From NCBI GenBank assembly GCA_013265495.1, contig MU059972.1:885915-949914 (forward strand): DNA of 64,000 nt. The letters run 5' to 3'. Every line of letters starts with the position of its first letter. Position 1 is the stretch's first letter. This document shows, in pieces, positions 22,101 through 31,594 of this stretch. Under the pieces are notes generated by a model. That model ran no database searches. It was given only the letters and a program-made list of their open reading frames with translations, and was not told where the DNA came from. The position numbers and the translations under genes were made by a program. The DNA comes from Vicugna vicugna (lineage: Eukaryota).

Positions 22101-24601
22101 CAGCAAACATGGTGACAGACTCAAGCGCAGCTCCGCGGTGGGCTTGCAGCCCCACTGTGGGAGGGAAGCCCGGGGGAGGTGGCCAGGGCCCCTGCAGGGA
22201 TGGGGGGCACCTACTGACCTGCTTCTCCTCTGCCCACAGTCCTCATCACGGGGGGCATCGTGGCCACAGCAGGCCAGTTCACCCAGTGGTACCTGGGCAC
22301 GTACTCCATGTATCCTCCTGCTGCAGACCCCAGGCGGGGTTGGGGGCAGACACACCTCACAGTTTGCAGAGGGCTGCTCACACCTCTGCTCCTCTGCACT
22401 CCCAGCGGCGATGGGGAAGGCAGGAGGGTCTCAGAGCAGGAAATGACAGATTTGCCCGGGCTGGGTTCTGGCAAGGATGTGAGGTGTCAGTGGCCCCCAA
22501 GGGCTGACAGTGAGGCCTCGGGGATGCTCAGATCCCCCTGCACCCCCTTCTATCAGCCACCCTCCCCAGCCTGCCCAGGCCTGTCCATGAGTGGGCGGGC
22601 CTCACTGTCCTCTACCGGCCTAGCGGTTCCAGGTCCTAGGGAAGCCAAGGCAGGTGTAGGGGAGGGAGGGGCTGGGACAGGGAAGGAGGCAGCAAAGGGG
22701 CCAGACCTGCTCGAATCCCTCCTGGCTGCTTCCTGGCTGTGTGACTTCAGGCAGCGGCTGCACCTCTCTGTTTTTCTATCAGCAAAGGGGGCTCCCTGTG
22801 GCCCGTTAGTCAGCGGGCTCTTCCTTAACTGCAGCTTCAGTGCGGCAGGAGTTCTCATCTGCCTGCTGGAGTACCCCCGGGGGAAGCGGAGCAAGGGCTC
22901 CACCATGGAGAGGTGGTAAGTCTCCCCGGCCTGCTCTGGGGTCCTTCCGGGAGCTGGGCAGAGCTCACAGGGCTGGGCGCCTGGCCAGCCACCATGGAGG
23001 AGCCTGGTCCCGTCCCTCTGGTGCCCACTCAGCGGGGGTGCTCTGGGCTGGGCGGGTGGTGCTGTGTGCTGAGTAGGACACGGTCTGTCTGCTTCCCCTC
23101 TCTTGGCTTAGTGGACAGAAGTACATGACCAGAGTGGTGAAGCTGTTCGGGCCCCTCACCAGGAATTACTACATCCGGGCCTTCCTGCACCTTGGGTGAG
23201 TCCCCGCGCCCTCTCAGGGTCAGGAGGCCCCACCTGCGGGCCGCCTGCGCCGCACTGCTTGGGTGGACTGAGGCCCCTCCCGGTCCAGATGCTGTTTCAA
23301 ACAAGAACCCAGGGCCCGGGTTCTGCCAGAGGTTCCCCAGCCCCGTATCCACTATAACTTGCGGGGTCACCATTCACCCCAACCTCAGTAGCTTAGACCC
23401 GGAACCTCAGGGTCCTGGGTTCACTGGGCTCAGCCGGGCAGCTCTGCTCAGCTGCGTCGCATGTACGCGGCTGGGTCACTGCTGGGGAGGCCGTGGCACC
23501 CAGCCATTGGCAGCTGCCTGGGTGTCTTCCCAGCGTGCCGGCTGGGGGCCAAGAGCCAGTGTCCCCAGGCTTGTCAACAGACCTGGCTGAGAACAGCTCG
23601 GGGGCCCCAAAGTGAGAAGACCAGTCTTTGGCAGGTCAGGGCCCCCCCTGAACACACTTACAGTCTGCTTCGTCCTGCAATTCTGTGGTCTCTGACCAAG
23701 GCCTGGGGCTGTGGACTCTCTTCTGACCGCCCTTCTGCCCCCTGCACCCACCCTCGCCCCCCGCCAGGCTGTCGGTACCTGCCGGCTTCCTGCTTGCCAC
23801 CATCCTGGGGACAGCCTGCTTGGTCATCGCCAGTGGCATCTACCTGCTGGTGAGTAGTGTCCCTGTGGTCAGCCCCATTGGTCCTCAGCAGCCTCAGCCT
23901 CGAGGCCGGCCGTGTCCCTGCTCAGGTTGTGGTGGGGACAGTGATGTTGTGGCCTCCGTTAATGGCCCATGCAATGTGCTGGCTGGTCCCCTACACGCCT
24001 CCTGTAATCCACACTGTGGCCCTGTAATGGGGGGTGGCAGGGTCCCAACCTTACACAAGGGAGCGGGGGCTCAGAGGGGCCTGGCCTGGCCTGGGAGTCG
24101 TTGGTCAGACTTCCCTCTTCCAGTCCAAGGTGCTGTCAGGGGCACTTCCCGGAGCCTGTTAGCCAGGCAGATGCCTCGAGAATGCTCTCCAAACCTGGGG
24201 CTGGGTTTGCCTGGAGCAGAGCTGCAGCAGACGGCCCTTGAGAGGCCTCAGTCACATACCCTCTCTGAGCTGCAGTCCCTTCAGGCCTGTCCTGCCCCTC
24301 TCGGCTGTGGGGAGTGCGGGGATGGTGAGACGGGGCGGAGGCTGCCCGAGAGGAGCCTGCGGCCCAGCCCCTCCGTGTCCCGCAGGCGGCCATCCGTGGC
24401 GAGCAGTGGACCCCGATCGAGCCCAAGCCCAGGGAGCGGCCACAGGTGGGGGGCACCATCAAGCAGCCGCCCAGCAACCCCCCGCCCCGACCCCCGGCCG
24501 AGGCCCGCAAGAAGCCAGGAGAGGAGGCGGCGGCAGCTGCGGGGGTCCCCACAGGTGGCCCCCAGGAAAACCCTGTGCCGGTGACAGACGAGGTGGTGTG
24601 A
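19068..24601 (+). CDS. CYBA: Cytochrome b-245 light chain (p22phox), complete, 6 exons, 194 aa
   Basis: join 19068-19125,22240-22309,22841-22915,23112-23195,23768-23849,24386-24601 = 585 nt, open frame. [19 protein letters not shown]-terminus, [10 protein letters not shown]94, proline-rich p47phox-binding [12 protein letters not shown], ends TDEVV. Confidence 0.98.
21420..21790 (+). mobile_element. Degenerate L1 3' end fragments in CYBA intron 1
   Basis: tagcccgaaaccggaagcaac; taattaaacctcagtgaa; gatgtgaatgcccttcc...aacggctaaaaacg. Confidence 0.45.
22240..22309 (+). CDS. CYBA: CYBA exon 2
   Basis: acag| [23 protein letters not shown] |GTATCCTC (U12-type donor). Confidence 0.96.
22730..22800 (+). 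mobile_element. MIR core fragment inside the CYBA U12 intron
   Basis: ctggctgtgtgacttcaggcag...cctctctgtttttctatcagcaaagggg. Confidence 0.5.
22841..22915 (+). CDS. CYBA: CYBA exon 3
   Basis: TTCCTTAACtgcagcttcag| [25 protein letters not shown] |GTAAGT. Confidence 0.96.
23112..23195 (+). CDS. CYBA: CYBA exon 4
   Basis: ttag| [28 protein letters not shown] |GTGAGT; Tyr72 occupies the position of the human His72Tyr polymorphism. Confidence 0.96.
23768..23849 (+). CDS. CYBA: CYBA exon 5
   Basis: ccag| [28 protein letters not shown] |GTGAGT. Confidence 0.96.
24386..24601 (+). CDS. CYBA: CYBA exon 6 (coding part)
   Basis: gcag| [37 protein letters not shown]...PVTDEVV-TGA. Confidence 0.96.
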   Translation, partial: AAIRGEQWTPIEPKPRERPQVGGTIKQPPSNPPPRPPAEARKKPGEEAAAAAGVPTGGPQENPVPVTDEVV

Positions 24602-25089
24602 CCAGGGCCGGAGCTCCGGCAGCCCCCACGCCCGGGCAAGCCTGTGGCTGCAGCCCCTTCCCTGTTCACCCCCAGCTGCGCGGTCGTCTCCTGAGCTGCA
24701 CTGGAGCCTCAGTGCCTCACTTGTTCCATGAAACACGTATCTGGAACCCCTCGTGCCTGAGTTTCTCCTCTGGAAATGAACGTCCAGGCCTGAGGGAAGG
24801 GAGTGTGCGTCCCACGAGCCCCTCAACCTGACCTGCTAGGGCTTTCCTGCTGGAGGACTCCCGGGGGCCAGTGTGCCACGGGCATGTGCCCACTCAGGTC
24901 CCGATCCCACCCGGGCACCAGAATTGTTACCAAACCAAACCTGGGTCTGCCCGCCTGTGCGCAGAAAGCCAGCCTATTGGCACTGGGCTGCGGTCCAGGC
25001 GAGTGCAGTGCTCACGGCAGGCGCCAAGTGAGGAGCCAACGGCTCACGCTCAGCAGACCCCAACTCCCCAGTGGGTTTCAGGGACTGGT

Positions 25090-25225
25090 TTTTATTTAAT
25101 TTTTTGTTGTTTTTTGGGGGGGTGATTAGATTTATTAATTTATTTTAATGGAGGTCCTGGGGATGGAACCCAGGACCTCGAACACACTAAGCACACACTC
25201 TACCACTGAGCTACACCCTCCCCCC
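25090..25225 (-). mobile_element. tRNA-derived SINE (camelid type)
   Basis: Reverse complement reads gggggagggtgtagctcagtggtagagtgtgtgcttagtgtgttcgaggtcctgggttccatcccc plus A-rich tail. Confidence 0.9.
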
Positions 25226-26913
25226 TACCTGGAGGGGTTTTTAGACAGTGAGGGAGGGGGGCTGTGGGGTGTGTGATCAGCAGACCAACAGACCAAATGT
25301 GGTTCCGTAACACATACACACCTATACAGCATACACACCGCCCCTCACACCCCCCAACACACACCACACACACTCACCAGCCGCGGCAGGCCCGGGCGTG
25401 GGCCTCCTGGCTCCTGCCTGTCCCACCGCAGCCTGGGAAGCCCCCTCCTCCCCAGGCACCCACTGCCCCCAAGTCTGGAGAAGTCCTGAAGCAGCTCGCC
25501 TGCTGCTTGCACCGCTCTGGTGCTTCCAGAGCCAGGGGTCCTAGCCCTTCAGCCTCTGGCCTGGCGTACACCCCGCCCAGGCAGCCAGCACTCAACACTG
25601 CACCAGCATCTCTGTCTGGCCCCACCCCAGGAATGGCCACTCTGGCCTTCCAGAAGGTCAGCTAAACTTCAGGCCCCCCTGACTGCCCCTCACGCACCTC
25701 ACGCCCAATCCTGGCTCCACCATCAGCATAAATCCAGTCGCCCCACTGTTTCTCCCCCACCCCCAGGCCCAGCACTGCCCTGTCCCGTCCAGTGCCCGGC
25801 TTAGGGCCCACAAGCTCCCACAGCCCGGGACAGACACCATCTCCACCCCGGCTCCTACTGGGCTGGCCCCCTTCACCCCTCTCCCAGGGCTCCAGCCACA
25901 CGGACCTCCCTCCACCCCTGAGCACAGGCTCCCCTCTGCCTGGAACACCAGGCCCCGGATGGCCACCCTGGCCGTTCTCAGGGGCCACCTCTTCCCTCCC
26001 TGCATCACTGCCCCTGGTTCCTTCACCAGCAGGCCAAGTGCTTTGCTGCCTGCCTTGGGCTGCTGGTCACCCTCAGGGCGGGTGGGGCTGTCTGTTTTGT
26101 TCACTGCTCTCCTCCCAGTGCTGGACACACGGCACACACTCAGCAAGTAAGTGCTGAGTGAAGAGCCCCTCCAGGCTCATGAGAAAGGCCAACCCCCTCC
26201 TCCGGGAAGCCTTCTCTGAGACCCTTCCCCTCTTCCCAGGCACTTCCACACAGCGGGTGTCAGTCAGTGGGTGAGGCTGGCGAGGGGTGCAGACCACTGC
26301 CCTGCAGCGCCCCAGCCCCACATCAGCCCTGAGTCTCGCCGGGCCTGTGCGCATTGGGGACATGGGGGCTCCACGGAGGGTGGTAGCAAAGCTGGAGCTG
26401 CTGAGGCCACACGCTTGGGCCCCTGAACCAGATGCCCCAAAATGCATTCGGACTCAGGACACTCTGGTGAGTGCAGGCTGGGCCCCCACTGCCCCTGCTC
26501 TGCAGGTCACAGTGGGGGACGGAAACCCGAGGGGGCATCCAGAGCTGCCTGGGCCTCTCTGCTGGGGCTGGGGGAGTGTGACTCAGCCAGGATGCAGATG
26601 GGCCCCCTGAGCCAGCCGACCACCTGGGAAGTCACCCTCAGGGCGCCCGTCCACGGGGCAGGGGGGTGCATCCCCGGGGCCACACCCATGCCCATCAGGA
26701 GAGGGCTGGGCTTTGAGAGCAGGGCCCACCCCCTGGCCCCGGAGCCGCTGCGTGGCCAAGGGCGCGTCTGGGTTCATGCACAGAACCTCTGACACCAGAC
26801 TCTGGGTCAGTAGCTGCCGCTGGGGGACCAGCTGGGTGTGGAGGGCCAGGAAGGGGTGAGGGCGAGGGGTGTGTCCTCACCCACTGCCCCCTGCCATCCA
26901 GCACTGTGCTCAG

Positions 26914-26919
26914 TTTAAT
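26914..26919 (-). terminator. IL17C poly(A) signal (ATTAAA)
   Basis: + strand tttaat in an AT-rich island about 445 nt past the IL17C stop. Confidence 0.7.
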
Positions 26920-27259
26920 AACACGGACTCATACATAAAATAATCACTTTCAGAAACACGGGGTACTTGTGTCTCCTCGGGGCTGGGGAGAGGGAGGCTG
27001 AGACCAGGGAGGGGTGGGGCGAGGAGAGCCCGGGGGCTGCCGAGGTGGAAGCAGCCATCAGGACACCTTTTCTGTTGTTGTTTTCAGAAGTTCTAGAAGA
27101 GCAAAAATATTCCAGGGTAAACCGTGTCTCCAGGTGGAGCTGGCCAGCGCAGAGTCCCCTCTGGGCCCGACGACATGGTCCTTCCCGGGCCCCATCTCCA
27201 CTGTCACCTCAGGGCAGAGGCCTGGAGCCTGGGGACCCGCCCAGGAGCCCCAGGGGCAC

Positions 27260-27287
27260 ATAAATAACCAATAAATACACATAAATA
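27260..27287 (-). promoter_or_regulatory. AU-rich element cluster in the IL17C 3' UTR
   Basis: Three UAUUUAU heptamers on the minus strand (27260-66, 27271-77, 27281-87). Confidence 0.8.
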
Positions 27288-27362
27288 GGAGGGGCCTCTT
27301 GGGGAGAGGTCCCGCTGGCCAGTCCGGGAGCCGAGCCGGCGGTCACCTTGCTGACCTGGCGG

Positions 27363-27624
27363 TCACCTCACCGACCTGGGCAGGACGCAGGTGCAGCCCA
27401 CGGGCACGCGGATGAACTCCGCGTGGAAGGCGAAGGCCCCAGGCGTGGGCGGCCCCGCGGCGGCCGGCGGGCAGGGCCGGCGGCGCAGCACGAGCAGGCT
27501 CTGGTGCAGCAGCACGGAGTTGAGCGACGCTGTCTCGTGGCCCGTCTTGGCGTTGATGCAGCCCCTGCACAGGCACTCGGCAAAGGCCAGCTTCTGCGGG
27601 TAGCGGCTCTCATCCGTGTCCACG
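27363..27624 (-). CDS. IL17C: IL17C exon 3 (coding part)
   Basis: acag| RVDTDESRYPQKLAFAECLCRGC...VPVGCTCVLPRSVR-TGA. Confidence 0.96.
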
Positions 27625-28684
27625 CTGTCAGGGCGGACGGGGTGTCAGGGAGCCTGGGGCGCCCTGGGCTGTGGGGTGGGTGGTGTGGGGTCCCCAGGGG
27701 GCTGGGCACGCAGCCAGTGCTCAGTGGGTGACTGCTTGTGTCGCCTGCGGCCCTCCCAGGGCACAGGAGACCCCCCCTCTCCCCACCAGGCCCAGCCCAG
27801 CCCCTGCAGGGGCTCAGTAGGGGCTCCCAAATTTCCCCAGGGGACCCTGGTGGCCGAGGGCTGGGGAGGAGCTGGCCTGAGGAGCCCCGCCCCCTGGGTG
27901 GGGGGCTGGCCGGACCCAGGTCTGAGGTCCATTGCTGAGCCTATTCAGCAGGTGAAATCACTGAGGCCCAGGGAGGCCCAGAGAGGGGAGGGAGGGGCCC
28001 AACGCCACACAGTGGGGACCCCACGCCCAGGGAGCCCCCAGCTCTCACCGGTATCTCCAGGGAGAGATGGAGCGCTGGTGGAGGTCAGCTTCCAGCACCT
28101 CCTCTGGCTGCAGCACTGGGCACTGGGCACCAGCCGGGGGCCCCGAACGCCGTCTCCTGCGGCCTGCCGCCTCCAGGCTGGACACGAGGGCTACTGGCAA
28201 AGCCTGCTCCCACCTGGCAGCTCGAGCCAGCAGGTGGGGCGGGGCATGGCCCAGGGGCAGCTCCTCTGGCAAGTAGCAGCGGGGAGTCCTGTGGGTGTGG
28301 GCGTGGGCCCCTGCCCAGAGTGGGGGGCTGTGGCGAGTCAGGCTGGCGGGCAGCCAGACCAGAAGCAGGAGGCCAGGGATGAGCTGGTGGAGTAGGTGGT
28401 GGGTGGTCAGGGGGTGCCCAGGGAAGGGGGCTCTGCTCCCTGTGGAAAGGCGGGGGACAGCCCCCCGCTACAGTGGGGGAACTGAGGCCCAGAGGGACTA
28501 GCCCCTCAGCCCACCCTCCCCAGCCCACCCAGGCTCCTTGACCCCCTTTTGCCCCCAGATTTGGGGGTTCCTGGGACCCTATCCCAACATCTTCAGCCTG
28601 GGGTCAGTGAGCCACCAACCATCCAGGGCCAGGAGGCTCCAGCGCAGTGGGCACGTGGGGGAGGCAGCGGCTCAGGCTCACCAT
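27363..28684 (-). CDS. IL17C: Interleukin-17C, 3 exons, 199 aa
   Basis: complement join 28682-28684 (ATG only), 28049-28383, 27363-27624 = 600 nt, open frame. Signal peptide MLIPGLLLLVWLPASLT, RSISPWRYRVDTDESRYPQKLAFAECLCRGC, cystine-knot VPVGCTCV. The exon 1 assignment is less certain than exons 2-3. Confidence 0.95.
27940..27990 (-). mobile_element. MIR fragment in IL17C intron 2
   Basis: cctattcagcaggtgaaatcactgaggcccagggagg. Confidence 0.4.
28049..28383 (-). CDS. IL17C: IL17C exon 2
   Basis: ccag| LIPGLLLLVWL...CYLPEELPLGHAPPHLLAR...QRSISPWRY |GTGAGA. Confidence 0.95.
28682..28684 (-). CDS. IL17C: IL17C exon 1 coding part (start ATG only)
   Basis: Minus strand ctgttcgATG|GTGAGC; first ATG downstream of the TATA at 28796-28801; joins phase-0 exon 2 in frame. 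Confidence 0.75.
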
Positions 28685-28795
28685 CGAACAGCGTCGACTG
28701 GGCTCCGGGCTTCAAGCGGCAGTGCACCTGCCTAGGGTTCCAGGCGTAGCTGCAGGCTGACCTGGTGTGGCGGCTCTGGGTGCTCACACGACACC

Positions 28796-28827
28796 TTTAT
28801 ACCTCAGGCCACACCTGGGGAAAATCC
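28796..28827 (-). promoter_or_regulatory. IL17C core promoter: TATA box plus adjacent kB-like site
   Basis: Minus-strand TATAAAG (TATAAA at 28796-28801) and GGATTTTCCCC at 28817-28827. Confidence 0.7.
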
Positions 28828-28942
28828 GGGCGCCGCTTCCTCCTGGGGGAAGCGCCTGGGCCGGCTTCCTCCTTCCCTCCTGCCACTGTCTCCTCTGCCC
28901 AGCCCAGGGTGGGCCATACCCACATCCCTTGCCTTCTCCTCA

Positions 28943-29054
28943 NNNNNNNNNNNNNNNNNNNNNNNNNNNNNNNNNNNNNNNNNNNNNNNNNNNNNNNNNN
29001 NNNNNNNNNNNNNNNNNNNNNNNNNNNNNNNNNNNNNNNNNNNNNNNNNNNNNN
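28943..29054. other. Assembly gap (112 N)
   Basis: Run of n between pyrimidine-rich flanks. Confidence 0.99.
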
Positions 29055-30202
29055 CACCCTCAGCCCCCTCCCCTCCCTCCTTACCCCATCCCCACCCAGA
29101 GGGACCCTACCCAAGGCAAGTGGAGCTGAGAAGGGGTCCTGCCCATTCTATAGAAGGGTTTCAGGCTGAGTATCCTTCTGCAGCCTGCTTCTTTGATTCT
29201 TGCTTCTGAGTCAGCGTGTATGTTTTTGCTGCTCAGACCTGGTGACCTGGGGCAAGGGGCTCGCCCTCGTTAGGCGGCTGACTAGTCCTCCACCAGGGTT
29301 GATTCTCTGTCCCTGTTGGTGGACATGAGGCTGGGTCCAGTTTTCATCCGGTGCACCTTGGTGCCTGCCTCCTCTCGCCCACCAGCAGCGGGTGGTTCCA
29401 GAAGACTTGGGGGCTGAGGGCCAGAGAGTGTCTTCAGGATTCTACTTTGGGCTTCTGTGGTTTTAGTCAACAGAAGCGCAAGTCTGAGACGGAAGGCTTG
29501 GCAATGCCTTGGAAACTTTGAAGTGCCGTGCCCCCTAAGACGCGTTATAAGGAGACCCCAGGAGCCCACCTGTGCCAACTCAGCGCTGCCAGCTGGGGAT
29601 GCGGGAGGTGCCTTCGTTAATCTGAGAAGGAGAGAGTTTGGGTCAGATCTTGCAAAGTTTTGAATGCCTCAGGTTTGGACACCATCCTGGGAGGGTCCAC
29701 TGGGTCCCAGCCACCCTCCAAGGCTGAAGGCCCTGTCTGCCCTGGTCCTCTCAGATCAAATAATCAAATACGTGTCTGGCTGAGGAGGGTCTGGGGTGGG
29801 GAAGGTGGAGTCAACCCGCCTACTGGTCTCTCCTCACCGGCTGGCAGGAGCCAGAGCACACACCATTAAGGCCCCAGTCTCCATGGACAGGGAGACCTGA
29901 GATGGGGCTGGAGAAGGCGCTGGGACGCCTGGGCCCTCCCAGTGCCTCGGCTCAGCAGTGTGACTCTGGCCTCAAGCCTGCACCTGTATGGGGGGCTGCC
30001 CTGCCCTCCCGGGGCCCAGGTGAGGCAGAAGATGGTTCCCGGCCTCGGTCTGGAGGAAATGTTCCCGCAGCAGGTGCTGTGTCCTGACGGATGGATGAAC
30101 AGACGGATGGATGAGTCCCCAGGGCTGCTCCTGCCCACAGGTGCCTGCCCACCGCCATCCGCCCTCTGCTCGCACACCTCCTGCAACAGGGAGCTCACCA
30201 CC

Positions 30203-30638
30203 TGTATTCGCTTCCTGGGGCGGCCATAGCACAGTACCACAGACTAGGGGGCTTAAAACAACACAAGTTCGATGTCCCCCAGCTCTGGAGGCCAGAGGCC
30301 CCAAATCAAAGGGTCAGTTGGGTTGGCTCCTCCTGGGGCCACTGAGAGAGGATCCTTCCGCCTCTCTCCCAGCTCGCGGTGGCTCCTGGTGACTCTTGGG
30401 GGATCCCTGGCTTGTAAACGCATCAGTCCAACCTCTGCCTCCATCTTCACGCGGCCTCTTCCCCCGCGTGTCTCCTTTTCTGTATCTTCTAAAGACACGC
30501 ACCGAAAGCCAGGATGACATCAAGGCCCTGGCCCTGATCACACCTGCAGAGGCCCTTTTCCCAGGTGAAGGCACACTCTTCACAGGCACCAGGGCTAGGA
30601 CAGCAACATGTTTTGGGGGACACAGCCTAGCCCCTCAC
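30203..30638 (-). mobile_element. MaLR solo LTR (MLT1C/D-like)
   Basis: tgtattcgcttcctggggcggccatagcacagtaccacagact...gcttaaaacaacac...ctggaggccagagg...ttttgggggacac. Confidence 0.85.
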
Positions 30639-31582
30639 CCCCTACCAGGACAGATGCTTGGGTCGAGGAGCACCCTCCTCAGGCTGAGCAGAGGCCTGCC
30701 CTCCTGCAGGAGCACCCCTGGCTCTAAGAATTCTCAGCCCCTCCTGCCTTGGCCCAGAAGGCCATGAGCCCCCAGGGAGGAGGGAGGGAGTGTGTGCCCG
30801 CCTGGCCCGTCCCAGGTGCGGAGCTGCCTCACAGTGGAGGAAGAGGGCCACCTGGACACCCATTCCATGCCTGGCACCCATGCCTGGGACAGAAGCCAAC
30901 GAGAAGGAAGAACCTGCAGGCCGGGGAGGAGGCCCTCAGCCACACATTTGCCTCCCTTGGGGCTGGGGTCCCAGCACAATCTTCATGATTGAAAGACTGC
31001 AGAGCTCCCTTGCAGGGGGTCCCCACCCAAGGGGCAGGGCCTCAGGTGTCCTGTGTCTGTTCTGAACAGCCCAAAGCAAGTGGGCACACTGGGGACGATT
31101 CCAGGGGCTAGTCTTGCGCCCCTTCCTCACCGCTGCCCTGAGCTGCTAGGCGAAGTCGTGGCAGCCACTCTGGAGGACAAATTTCTGGAGGGCACTGGCG
31201 CCCTAGCTGAGGTAGAGGGTCCCGCACTGACAGGAAGGACACAGGGTGGGGCCCAGGTAGTGCCTCATTCTTTCTGGCAGCCGAGGCAAGTACCAGCCCA
31301 GGGTTGAGCAAGACTGGAAAGGTGGCTGCAGGAGGAAGGCTGGAGGGTGTCCTGGAGGAGGTGTCATGGAAGACTCTACCCCTCAAGCCACACCCACTGC
31401 ATCCCTGCCCATACAGACCACACCCATTTGGCCTCACTCCCAAATCCCCGCCTGGGGAGATGCTGAAGGGGGATGGAGGTGGGTGGAGGTGGGGTAGGAG
31501 GGATGGGTGGAGGCCAGACCTCAGGGAATGGGGCACAGGGCTGGTGTAGAGGCAGGGTGAGGGGACTGCGGCTGCTGTAAAT

Positions 31583-31594
31583 CACCAGGGGGCG
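31583..31594 (+). promoter_or_regulatory. Candidate CTCF site
   Basis: CACCAGGGGGCG matches the CTCF core; motif evidence only. Confidence 0.45.

Noticed and set aside
29170-29177. Perfect U12 donor GTATCCTT on + upstream of IL17C
   Set aside because: No partner CCTTAAC or exon found downstream; an isolated 8-mer is expected by chance in 128 kb of both strands.
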